Assembly: GCA_051294375.1 (NCBI GenBank)
Contig: CM119271.1
Location: 4,093,990-4,157,989 of the forward strand
DNA: 64,000 nt
Direction: 5' to 3'
Source of the DNA: Paraspadella gotoi
Taxonomy: Eukaryota > Animalia > Chaetognatha
The notes beneath the pieces are model-generated. The model had not been told where the DNA came from. It was given only the letters and a program-made list of their open reading frames with translations, and searched no databases. The stretch's first letter is position 1, and each line of letters starts with the position of its first letter. The translations under genes and the position numbers were made by a program. Below are positions 53,298-64,000 of the stretch, one piece after another.

Positions 53298-53298
53298 T
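26003..53298 (-). CDS. Mx: Mx-like dynamin-superfamily large GTPase (paralog B), about 721 aa, 14 coding exons
   Basis: Minus-strand exons: ATG at 53298-53296 (end of exon ~53422-53296), 53151-53018, 52932-52801, 52607-52317, 46672-46582, 46409-46305, 33597-33499, 33370-33236, 32919-32781, 32610-32485, 31597-31308, 30042-29866, 27417-27139, 26167-26003; all GT-AG and phase-consistent, 2166 nt. Motifs: [93 protein letters not shown]. The frame is open upstream of the ATG ([10 protein letters not shown]...SGQM), so the N-terminus may be longer. Confidence 0.9.
26398..26621 (+). mobile_element. tRNA-derived SINE-like element, family A
   Basis: Homologous to 20260-20488 (reverse) and 26931-27133. 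Confidence 0.7.
26931..27133 (+). mobile_element. tRNA-derived SINE-like element, family A
   Basis: As above; the 3' end tactgtctcttca lies a few nt from the Mx-B splice donor at 27137-27138. Confidence 0.7.
27771..29650 (+). mobile_element. Cluster of HINE/Helentron-like elements (aaacaagtttgagcaaacaa start; gtcgg(g)atctg...cagatccgac terminal hairpin)
   Basis: Start motif at ~27771, ~28059 and ~44494; hairpin ends at ~28028-28056 and ~29619-29648; internal gacagacggacagacag tract at ~28637-28660. Confidence 0.5.
32146..32420 (+). mobile_element. tRNA-derived SINE-like element, family B, with an internal ~80-bp tandem duplication
   Basis: Matches 17270-17514; ccgctgctccaacgccggttggtgggataccc... 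occurs twice. Confidence 0.65.
33892..34094. mobile_element. MITE with ~22-bp terminal inverted repeats
   Basis: attttcgcagtaggctatattt ... aaatatagccgactgcgaaaat; a related, 5'-degenerate copy at ~45685-45875. Confidence 0.6.
34105..34746 (+). repeat. 16-bp satellite array (GGGATTCCTCCCACRC)n, about 40 units
   Basis: Directly visible; it generates the spurious GGIP/WEES/GRNP ORFs. Confidence 0.95.
34750..43500 (-). other. Insertion-riddled second copy of 29615-34746 (Mx-B exons 7-12, SINE, satellite); probable unpolished long-read gap-fill, alternatively a pseudogene
   Basis: Same landmark order (35052 ~ 29860 exon; 37900-38270 ~ 31308 exon; 39110 ~ SINE B; 40340-40540 ~ 32781 exon; 41000-41540 ~ 33236 and 33499 exons; 42240-43400 ~ satellite), but expanded about 1.7-fold by mostly A/G insertions. 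Confidence 0.8.
43660..44740 (+). repeat. 18-bp tandem repeat (ataatttggtcaactggc)n in two duplicated blocks (~43660-43805 and ~44550-44740)
   Basis: Visible units; 43660-44030 duplicates 44600-44970 across the N-gap. Confidence 0.85.
44030..45660 (-). repeat. 16-bp satellite arrays in inverted orientation (GYGTGGGAGGAATCCC)n at 44030-44430 and 44970-45660
   Basis: Reverse complement of the 34105-34746 unit. Confidence 0.95.
46872..51830 (-). other. Noisy, scrambled duplicates of the Mx-B 5' region (47780-48600 ~ 51990-52630; 50880-51830 ~ 52640-53520); probable assembly artifact
   Basis: Starts right after an N-gap; frame-breaking 1-bp indels throughout otherwise near-identical exon and intron copies. 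Confidence 0.75.
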
Positions 53299-54735
53299 TT
53301 GACCCGACGGCCTTGATCTTGGTGGTCCAAGAGAAAGAGTCGAGGCTCCGATGCCTGACGAAGCGATCGAGTCGAGAGACACGCTGCTGCTGCTAAGTTT
53401 GTCAGAAAAGGTACCGGGCGGGCTAAGAGAGAGAGAGAGAGAGAGAGAGAGTAGATAAGCAAGTCACGAGGAATTCAAAAGTCATGAATTTTTTCTAGAC
53501 GCAGTTGATTAAAAATTTGTATCGATATTACTTTTCTTAGGTATTAGTATCATTACTATTATTGTTAGTAATATCGGTTAACAAGAACTTGAACCTCGTG
53601 CAGAATCGTGAGAATGAATGAGGGAAGAAAAAAACCGCGATTGAGCGAGAGTAGGAAATAACCAGTAGATTAAAATGCCGGTAATTGAGGCAAAAAAAAA
53701 ATATTAACATTTATTCGCGCATACAATTTTTTTTTCATTGAGTATAGACAAGCGTAGAAAGTTAGTAGTAATTTCATTTTTTGTACACCCAGACACTATA
53801 TATTATTTAATTTTATCTAATTTTTCTTCACCTGAGGTCTTCCGTGGATGAGGGCATTTTTTTTCTAGTATTAAAAAATAATGTCTAAACGTATTTTCTC
53901 GGTTTTAAAAATATTTTCTTAATTCGACGGCGCGAACTTTTTATACAATTTCGCACAAAAGTTGCAACGTCATTCTCAGGTCTGGGATTTTCGTCTTCCC
54001 GAAAACGACGACTAAGACGACGACATTTCAAGTTGGTTAAGTTCCCCCCGTGATTCCCAAACCACGAGCAATTAAATAAATAATCTTATCAGGCCGTGAT
54101 TCACGGTACCACTCGATCGCAATTTTGGCTTTTCTGAATTTCTTTCTCTCGAAAATTTTTTTGAAAAAATGATTCTTTGGAATTTTAGAGGAAGTTCGGT
54201 TGAGCCTGGGCTTGAGTAATATAATACATTAATATAATACATTAATCGCAAAGATCACTCATTTAAAACTTCTAAGAATTTAGATATTTAACCACTATTA
54301 GATCGTAACTTAGCTTCAAAAAAATAATTTTTTTTAAATAACCTGTTCTTTAGCATTTTTGGATTAACGATTCATTGTTTGTCAAAAATCATGAATCATA
54401 ATAATAAACAAATTTTAAAATTAGTTGGGCCGATTTCAGGTTGGCCCGCAATGTCTCCGAAAGCGGGCTAAAAGGCACTTAACTTTATTTTCTGTTGATA
54501 CCGAATGAAACTAGCCCTTGCCATACTTAACAACTGGAAATACATGATAATTGATATGTATGAAATGAGCTTCAACGTGAACAAAGCAGCCAACGGCCGA
54601 AAACTAGAACGTCAAATATAAACTGTTCCCTTTAACTGTTTCTTCCCGCGTTTTTTTACGCTTGAGAAGAGCGCAGCCTCCAAGGCGGTCACGTGACCGG
54701 AAGTGGCGAGGACGGGCGCCGAGTCTCTCTCTCTT

Positions 54736-54793
<58 letters not shown>

Positions 54794-54957
54794 GTTTACG
54801 TCTCCTACCGACGCCGGAATTTTGGTTCACATTACTGACAGCGTGTGTGATTCGTGGAGGAGACTAACTTCGTGGACTTTGGGCAAAGCGGAACTTAGAT
54901 GAGTACTGCTTCGCCATTTTTTTTTTATCAACCCCGTGTCCAATAAAGATTTTCAAG

Positions 54958-56460
54958 AAAAAAATCTTAAAAGCATAAGGATCGTCGCAATCGCATAAGA
55001 AAAATCTGCATTGACAACAAATTTTGATACTAAAAAAAATAAAATTTGAGAAAAGAAAATTAATTTATAAACAGAAAGAAAAATTATATTTTGCGATTGT
55101 CAATTAAAAAAAAAATAAAGTACCGATGAAAATTAAAGTTACAGTTTCTGAAAAAAAAAATTAACTGATCCCTAAAAAAAACGAAATAAAAACCTAATGT
55201 TGCGATAGCAAAATGATAACATGTACGAATGCGATGCCTAATTTTACGAGTTCACTCCTAATTCAATTTTTTTTTAAATAAAAACGCAGAGAGAGAGAGA
55301 GAAAGAGAGAAAAAAAGAAAGAAATCAAAAGGCAGCAGCAAAATCAGCAGGAGAAAAGAGAGAAAAGAGAGAGTCCCTGCAGAGCCAGCTGCAGACTCAA
55401 AAAGCAGCAGCAGAAGCAGCAGGAAAAAAGAGAGAAAAAGAAAGAGCCCCTGCAGAGCCAGCTGCAGATTTGTTTTTATTCCGATGAATCAGCACTGGGG
55501 AAAAAGAGAGAGAGAAAGAGCTATATATAATTAAAAGAGAAAAGAGAAAGAGAAGGAAACATAAAAATAAAAGAGAGGAAATTTATTTGTTTTGATAAAA
55601 CATAAACAAAACATATTTAATAACTGTCCTGACCCAATTTTAAGCACATCGATGATGAGAAGCTGTATATAAATTTTCAGCTTCATGCACCCAAATTTAA
55701 TCATAAAAAAGGCGATCTATAATTTGGAACGGCGACGACGATGACAACGACGACGACGACTACGCCACTTATGCGCAAAGGCGTTACAAGATCGTCGCAA
55801 ACGCAAAGCGATTGCGACAATAAAAATTATTGGATACGGGATTTTTGGTTTCGTATTCAAAAAATTATAAAATTCAACAAAAAAACAAATAAATGCATTT
55901 TGGCTGGATTTTTACACCGTGAGAGAGAGAGAGAAAAAAAAATCAAAAAGCAGCAGCAGAAGCAGCAGTAGAAAAGAGAGAAAAAGAAAGAGCCCCTGCA
56001 GAGCCAGCTGCAGATAAAGAAATCAAAAGGCAGCAGCAGAAGCAGCAGGAGAAAAGAGAGAAAAAGAATAAGCCCCTGCAGAGCCAGCTGCAGACTCGTT
56101 TTTTTTCTCCTTTGTTTATGAATAAGTGACTAGGGAAAAGAGAGAGGGAGAGAGACATGTAATTAAAAGAGAAAAGAGAGAGAGAAAGAAATATGAAAAT
56201 AAAAGAAAGAAAATTTGTTTGTTATGATAAAACATAAACAAAACATATTTAATAACTGTCCAGACTCAATTTTAAGCACATCGATGATGAGAAGCTGTAT
56301 ATAAATTTTCAGCTTCATACACCCAAATTTAATCATAAAAAAGGCGATCTATAATTTGGAACGCCGACGACAACGCCGACGACGACGACGACGACGACGC
56401 CACTTATGAGCAAAAGCGTTACAATATCGTCGCAAACGCTAAGCGATTGCGATGATAAAA
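54958..56460 (+). mobile_element. HINE/Helentron-like elements (two tandem units) with (ACG)n tract and terminal hairpin atcgtcgcaaacgctaagcgattgcgatgat
   Basis: Subterminal repeat atcgtcgcaatcgc at ~54981; hairpin ends at ~55791-55821 and ~56426-56456. Another copy begins at ~46726 and ends at ~51975. Confidence 0.55.
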
Positions 56461-57794
56461 AATTAAAATTTACCAAAAAAATTTTTTTGATATTATATAG
56501 TATTTGGATAATATAAAATAGCTTCCATCTTAATTTTTTTTTTAGTTTCACGATCTTTAACAAATACATTAACAATATTTATACCGGACTTCTGTTAGGC
56601 TGAAACCTGTTCCGCCTGAGACTAGTAATTGGTGCAATTCAATGAGAGATTAAGTGTCTAATTTCTTAATCCATAATGTTTTTTTACAATACAGAAATAC
56701 TTCGCGGTCAAACTACTAGAGCCGGAACTAAAATCTTTTGACGAGAGTTTGGGAAATAAAAATAGACTCGATCTTATAATTTTGAAATCGGTCATTCTCA
56801 ATATAACCTCCTGTTGAGAATGGAGGAGCAGAGAGAAACAATAAACAACCGAATCGGTGAAAAACCGTCGATCGTCTAACTCAAAATTCGACTGTGCTTG
56901 CCAGCAGAAAGAAAAAGTTCCGCTTCCCTACATTCGAGGACGGAACTTTGAAATTCTTTTCCCCCCGTTATCTTTCTCCATTCTGCCATGTAATTCTATT
57001 TATTTGTTTACGCCAACTTTCCTCTTTCTCGCTATTTTCTTTTTATTTTTTCCTCCATTTTTTCTCCCCTTTTTTTTCTTCCCCTCGGCTCTCGTCTCTA
57101 TTTTCGCCTTTAATATCCCCCAACTGTCCAACGCCGTTTATCTTATTATTCCTCGCGCGATTTATGACGTAGTAAAGAGCGAGAAATGCTCGAGGGGGGC
57201 ACCATTGAAATTGAGCAGAGGGGGGCCTTTGCGGTCTGTCTTTAATATTTATTTTTAAAAAATTACCTGCGGACTCTTGGTAAAATGAAAACAGTACATA
57301 CAGAATATTGTTTAGATTTTAAAATTAAACGGAAATAGGTAGGTACAAACACTATGACCGGATTAAAATTGAATCGTTCTTAACAGAGACCGGCAGAATG
57401 CCATTAATGCCAAAATTGGATTACCGCTTATCCTCGATCATGCTCCAGAGAGGCCTCGCGAGTCGAAAATGCTCAAACCAGGCCCACTAGTGGTTGCGAA
57501 GGCTAAGGAAATAAAGATCCTTATCGCACGCCGTAGAGAAGGAATTTTTCCGAAATAAGTCGGCGCTGTTTGGCGATAATGGGCGTGGCGGCGCGGCAAG
57601 CATTTTCCTTTTCGTCCAACGAAACGCGCTGCGGGTGACTTCTGAGAGGCACACCCGGGGTGGCGTGATCTTGAGCGCCGAGTTTGATAAAGAAAAGTAG
57701 GGAAAAATTGAGAAGAGAGGGGAAAAGGGGAAAAACTAAGAAAAGAAAATGAAGGAAAGAAAGGAGAAGAGAGAGAGAAGAGAGAGAGAGAGAA

Positions 57795-57847
<53 letters not shown>

Positions 57848-59904
57848 AGAAGAGAGAGAGAGAGAAAGAGGAGAGAGAGAGCGCGAATTGCACAACTCAG
57901 ATAGTAATAAGTCTTTCGATTCGATCGTAAGTTAGACAGAGAGCTGATCCCCGAGCTTAAAAAGAAAAGTTCCGGGACAGTTTCGAAGGCTTTTTTTTTC
58001 TTCTTGCATAGAACTCTGAAATTTGATCTCTAGATAAAAAAGTTAAACATAGTAGTAGAAATCATGTTTTGAAATTCTGCTATTATTATCTCGGCTAAAA
58101 TTTCTTTATAGTTTTTGTTAGAGTTGCCTCACTTTCTGACCGATCGAGGTTTAAAAATTGTTTTTAAACAATCCATAATAAGCAATAAAATTTCGGTTAA
58201 AAGGTAAACAAACGGCCTTAAAACCGTTCGACGTCAAGTCCCTGGCAACTGGCGATTCTACAAAATCTCAAATCAAACGAAAAGCAATAAACTCAGATAG
58301 CTTCGGCGAATCAGGGAAACAGTCGTCGGACTTTTGAGCCGTCTCCCCCTACGGCGACGCGCTCGTTGCGGACCGCGAGCGCCAATACAGTTTTGAAAAA
58401 AAAAGGAATTTCTTCCATTAAACTTCGAAATTTCACGGAGGTACATCAAAAACAGCGCCATATCTCCCTCTCGTTCCGCCGATGGGACGGGTGACGTCGT
58501 TGACGATTTTACAGTAATATTTACTAATGTACAATTGCGATTTAAAAAAGAAAATTAATTACCCTTTCGCCGTCAGCCTCCTTCTCCACTTTCCACGACC
58601 CGTCCCCCCCCCTTTCTTTTCTCCCTTCGTCCCCCATCTTCCCGTTTCTGGATTTTCTGACCGGGAAGACTCGTGATAAACTTTGGACTTTCAGACTCAT
58701 TTTCTTCTCGAGAGAGTATTTTTTTTTCTCCGAAGCTCTTTTAAATCCCATTGTCGTCTCTTTCTTAATTCTTTTAGGTTTTTTGTTTTTTTTTAATTTG
58801 AAATATTCTTTTGGGAGAGATTAACGGGATGACAAAGTTAACAAGATGTTACTGTATGTTAGCGATTCGTAAAATAATAAGCGAGACTAACTCGATTGAA
58901 ATTTAAAATTTATTTGATATTTGATATAATTTATATTATAAACGTCTAAAGTTAATTGAGCGCCACTCGACATATATTTCTTAAAATTTTCCAATATTTT
59001 GCTTTCTTCTGAGAGCTGGAAAAAATTTCAAACCTCGCTATTTCTAAGAACAGGGTTAGGGAAACCAATTTTAGGAAATCAGAATTTCTTATCATTTATC
59101 ATTTATCGTTTATCATTTATCATTCATCAGTCATTCCCTTTTTTTCTTATGGAATAGTTTTGGTCTTTTTCCCTCTTAATATATTCTGACACAAAAAAAA
59201 CAATTTATAGCTGAGGGTGGGCGCGTGCCGTTTTTCGAGTTTGGGTTAAGAACTAAGAAAAGAAAAGAAAAAGGAAAAAAAAGAAAGAAAAAAGGAAGAA
59301 GATAGAAAAGAGAGGAAAGGAAAGTATAAAAAAGAGACAAGCAAAAGACAGTAAACGCCACTACGCCCTCTGAGAGAAGCGGGAGAAGATACTACGAAGA
59401 AAAAAAATCCCTTAACCCGAATTCTTTTATGCTCGTTTTCCATTTCGGTTTCTCATTTATGTCAAAGCTCGCTGACCGCAGGGAAAAAGGAGAAACTATT
59501 TATGCGATTTCGGGGTTTCTTACCCCGTTTGATACCCCAGATACTGTGAGCACAGAGAATGCCGTAAAACGACGTCTCTGCCATGGTTAACTCGAAAGAA
59601 ACGGGAGCAGGGATAAACATTTTCGTAGATACTCAAGTCGCATGGGAACTGTGTATTGCATATTGCGCATTTCGTACTGCGAGTTGCGTACTGCGAAAAA
59701 AATTACAATTTTCGATATTATAAAGAAAACTAAAATAAACATCGCACAACCGATGCAACCACTCTGTATAGTATACATACATACATACATACATACATAC
59801 ATACATACATACAGTATACATACATTTGCATTTCGGAATCCATTTTCCACATCTATGTATTTTTCCGCTTTTCATATTGCGTATTTTCCGCTTTCGCAGC
59901 TCTA

Positions 59905-60110
59905 CTTCCATTTTCCGCTTCCACCACCAGTCTCCTTTTCCGCTTCCACCACCAGTCTCTTTTCTGCTCCACCACCACAGCCTCCTTTTCCAGCTTACCA
60001 CGCGAGCTCAGTCTCTTTTTCTGCTTTCCACACACCAAGTCTCCTTTTCCGCTTCCACCACCAGCCTCCTTTCCCGCTTCCACCACCAGCCTCCTTTTCC
60101 GCTTCCGCCC
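59905..60110 (+). repeat. About 25-bp minisatellite (ttttccgcttccaccaccagtctcc)n
   Basis: Visible degenerate tandem units. Confidence 0.8.
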
Positions 60111-60409
60111 GCTGAGACGTAAATCCCGACCGAGAATTAAACCCGACAATAGTTGCTCTCGAACTCAAAGCCCGGAGGTGAACTGGGAGGGTAAGGCCGG
60201 GTGAGGGCGTTGGGGGGTAAGTGGGGCTGAATTGGGGTGAGTTCGAAGAGCATGAGAGGAAAGGGAGGAAGAGGCGTTCTCCGATGGAAGCGAGGTGAGT
60301 CACTTTGGAGCCTTTGTGAGATTTAGTAAGGGAAGGGATCGGAGGTTAACGTGAAGCGTTTAGTGGGACATTCACTTAGTTGCAAAAGTAAGTATCGGGT
60401 AAGGTAGAG

Positions 60410-60476
<67 letters not shown>

Positions 60477-60918
60477 ACGACAATCCTCAGTAATAAGATT
60501 GAGTTTTTCCGCCATCGCTCCCTCGATTCCAACCTTTTGCGTATATTCTTACACCATCCACCCCAATTTCCGCCTCTTCCCTCCTTTTCTCCGGCACTTC
60601 TCGGCATTTCCCTCTTATTTTCCCCCCTCTTGCCGCCTCCTCAGTCCTTTCGCTCCCCCGTGACAGTGTGACCCCAACGTCGTAGCAAAAAGGTCAAAGA
60701 CTCATCGAGAACTCTCAATGACCCGAGGCCGACGTTGGCCGACGAAAGATTAGGAGAGTAGAGAGTCCTCGCGGTCACGATAGTGCCGATGAAAAGTACT
60801 CACGGACTTACTATATTTATTTTAATTAATCTTTGATAAATCAACTTATCAAAGGAACTTAATTTTAATTTCTTTTCAAAAAGATGACAATTTCAAATAT
60901 ATTTTATTACCGGCTAAA

Positions 60919-61058
60919 TTTTACTTTCGCCGACCGCGGTTTTGGCGGCTTTTGAAAAACCACTTAAAAATACTTATTTATAAAAAAAAAATTAAAAATA
61001 CACCCCTAAACCAACCGTAACCCTAACCCCTCCCTAACCCCGGTCGGCGAAAGTAAAA
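60919..61058. mobile_element. Small MITE with 18-bp inverted repeats and internal CCCTAA-like repeats
   Basis: ttttactttcgccgaccg ... cggtcggcgaaagtaaaa. Confidence 0.6.
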
Positions 61059-61286
61059 GTAACCCTTATTTACCAAAATTACCAATAACACGATAGAACA
61101 AATTCCATTTTCGACGGAAAACCACAAACGCCACCGACCAAAGCCACGCCCAAGACGACGCCTCATTTATAGAACGACGCCGGGACGACGGCGCCTAGTT
61201 TCCGGCGTTGACGATCGCTCCGTCCCGCCCCCTTGACCCAAGCGACGATAAGTTTTTTTTTCCTTCCGGCGTCAGTTCTCTTTTAC

Positions 61287-61538
61287 TTCGAATTCGAAAC
61301 TGTTGGTCGTCGTCGTTCGTCGTTCGTCGTCGTTGTCGTCGTCGTTGTTGTTGTTGTTGTTGTTGGCCATAGTTGTTGCTTTTTACGTTATATGCAAAGT
61401 TTTTTTAACACATATAACAAATTTCTTACGGGTTTTGCATATAACGTAATCAGCAACAACTATGGCCAACAACAACAACGACGACGACAACGACGATGAC
61501 GACGACGAACGACGACGACCAACAGTTTCGAATTCGAA
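61287..61538. repeat. Long near-perfect inverted repeat (~105-110-bp arms, ~35-bp loop)
   Basis: ttcgaattcgaaactgttggtcgtcg...ttacgttatatgcaaa / tttgcatataacgtaa...cgacgaccaacagtttcgaattcgaa. Confidence 0.9.
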
Positions 61539-62212
61539 ATTTTAAGTTTAATAAAAATAATATTTAGCTTATTTATTAACTGAATGGATAATTTTTATAT
61601 TGGTTTTACCAATTTCATAAAATTCAGCTTCTTGTAATACAAGTTGTATTTTGATGCTAGTGCGGAGTACAATATAGTATTCCCCGATCTAATACTTAAG
61701 GGAGTGGTCTTTTCATACAATTGAAACATTCTTTGAAATATTATGGCTCTTCATTGATAGGGAAGCCAGGTACTCTGGGTGTGAATAAACGAGTCTGTGA
61801 GAGAGTCTTGATTGAAAGCTTGCAGGGACCTGCTATGTCATTATCTTGTCCGAGTGATGGAGGCCTTCAACCACCAAAGCCTGTCCAAAGTCAGGGGCAA
61901 GTTAGCTTATTTATTAAATGAATGGATAATTTTTATATCTTGTAGCAATTACATTAAATTCGTATGTTGGGATTTCATAATGTTTTTTACTATTGATTAG
62001 CAAAATCCATCCTAAGGCTGCTGGTTAAATTGATGAGTGAATAAAAATAAATACTTTCGTAATAAAAGAAACCCTTTTAATTGTTACTCATGTTTTTATA
62101 GTTTATTACTCAACTCCGAATAAAAAGTAATACGATATTTTCGCAATAAATCCAAAAAAAAAGGCCTTTCGACATTCCGCGTTTGGGAATTGAGATTCAT
62201 AACAGAAAGGAG

Positions 62213-62248
<36 letters not shown>

Positions 62249-62475
62249 AGAGAGAAGAGAGAGAGAGAAGAGATGAGAGAGACGAGAGAGAGAGAGAGAA
62301 GAAGAAAGAGAGAGAGAGGCGTAGCCCCTTAATTTATTTCTCGAAAGGGCGAGAAAAAGGGACGGACAGACACGGGACAGAAATTCGGTTCGCTGAGAGA
62401 AGATAGAGAGAGAGAGAGAGTGGGAGAGAAGAACGGAGTGGATTGCGGGACGAATCCGCCCACTTTCTCGATTGG

Positions 62476-62510
<35 letters not shown>

Positions 62511-63311
62511 CTCTCTCATCATCTCTCTCTCTCTCGTCTTCTCTCGTCCTCATCTCGTCGTTCGCCGAATTTGGAATCCGGGCAAGAATTGCTGATGCGC
62601 GTCTCGAAGCTCAATCAGCGCGCCGTTTCTCCAGCCGGCGCCGTTTCTCCAGCCGGCGCTCTCACGGCCACACGGACGGAAGGACCGACGAACTGAGGAA
62701 ATAAACTCACCGTTTCATCCACTCACGGACGGACGGACTCACTGATGTACGGGCCAACCAACGAACGGACAGGCTCATACCTCGACCTGTAAGCGGTTGA
62801 AAAATCAACGGTAATGTACATTGATAAATAAAATTAGAAAAAATTATTAGACAATCAGTGTTAGACAAGAATCCGAGAGTAGTACTATCTTTTTTTCTAC
62901 TTTAAATTATCTTTCCTTTCTCCTTTCACAACTTTTATGGCAAAATTTAAAATTAAACAACAATAACTCATTTTCTTACCGTAAATGGTTAATGGTCCGT
63001 AAAAGCTTACGCCCACTCATTCTCTTTACCCCCAAAGGGTCGAGACCCATTTTCTCTCTCAAAATTCTTCAAAATCTCTCCGATCCTCATTTTATGCGGA
63101 CGTAAGAGAAAAAAATGCTTTGAAGGTCGGGCCTTGAAGTGAGTTGAAGTAAGGTTTGGGACGAGGGTGAGGCTTAAACAAAAACGATAAACTTAAGAAC
63201 TTCGGTGAAAGGACCCGGCGCTGCGCTTTTGTTGTCTTTTTCCCCTTTCTCTTTCTTTTCTATCTTTTGTTTTTTATCTGACAGCGCCATCGGCGGACGA
63301 ATCTAGTCTCG

Positions 63312-63347
<36 letters not shown>

Positions 63348-64000
63348 TCTCTCTAATCTCTCTCTCTTTTCTCTCTCCTCTCTCTCTCTTTCTCTCCCCT
63401 CCTTATCAAATTCTTCCCCCTTCCTTCCAGTTTCCATTAGAGATTATATACGCACCCACTTCAGGCCCATTTCCAGCCCACTGTGCACGGTTCACTCTCC
63501 ATCTATTACCCTTTCCACTTCTCGTACCTCCTTACTCACTTTCCATTACGTTACCCTTCTCACATCGCAGGCGTATAATATTGTTCCTTCCTACATTCGT
63601 CCCCTCACTTTTAAACTCCGCTCAGCCTTAACGCGCACACTTACTTGCACTTAAATCCGTCGATTTACCTGTCACCCATTTCGACCATAACTTGGTCCGA
63701 AATCTCCAGATGAGACCCCAATCGCCCAAACTACGCTCCATTAAAACACTGCGCCACGCCCACAACCCTGCCCCCACTCGTTTCTTTAGGCGTCTCATTC
63801 CGACCCTCGTCTAACTCTTCGTCTTCGAGACGAGTCTCGTCCAACCCTTTATTCCCCCGCCCTTTCCCCCCCCCTTGACGCATCAAATAACCCGCGTAAG
63901 AAATGATGATCAGCGGCAGCGGCCAGCGGCAGCGGCAGCGGTCATATTTCTGTCGGCCAATATATAAATAAAATTATATATATATATAGGGTATTACTAC

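Noticed and set aside
57430-58760. GC-richer stretches with short ORFs
   Set aside because: No homology recognised and no supported splice structure; could be UTR or promoter of a gene I cannot resolve.

Overview
AT-rich, intron-containing eukaryotic (probably invertebrate animal) genomic DNA from a draft assembly with four N-gaps. I assembled three multi-exon genes by hand from GT-AG junctions with consistent phases. (1) A 4-exon type-I transmembrane mucin with a split SEA-like module (7403-14670, +). (2) A complete Mx-like dynamin-superfamily GTPase, here called Mx-A (18426-25508, +; 15 core exons, about 753 aa). (3) A second, divergent Mx-like paralog, Mx-B (26003-53298, -; 14 coding exons, about 721 aa), arranged tail-to-tail with Mx-A. 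The most interesting signal is that the two paralogs differ mainly in their stalk loops. The L4-equivalent loop of Mx-A has grown by tandem duplication of an intron+exon unit, giving a symmetric 63-nt basic candidate exon and a further candidate cassette or terminal exon. Mx-B instead carries a 56-aa stalk insertion. The rest of the window is SINEs, Helentron/HINE-like and MITE-like elements, microsatellites and an inverted pair of 16-bp satellite arrays (foldback-like). About 14 kb of insertion-riddled duplicates of Mx-B are most likely unpolished long-read gap-fill.
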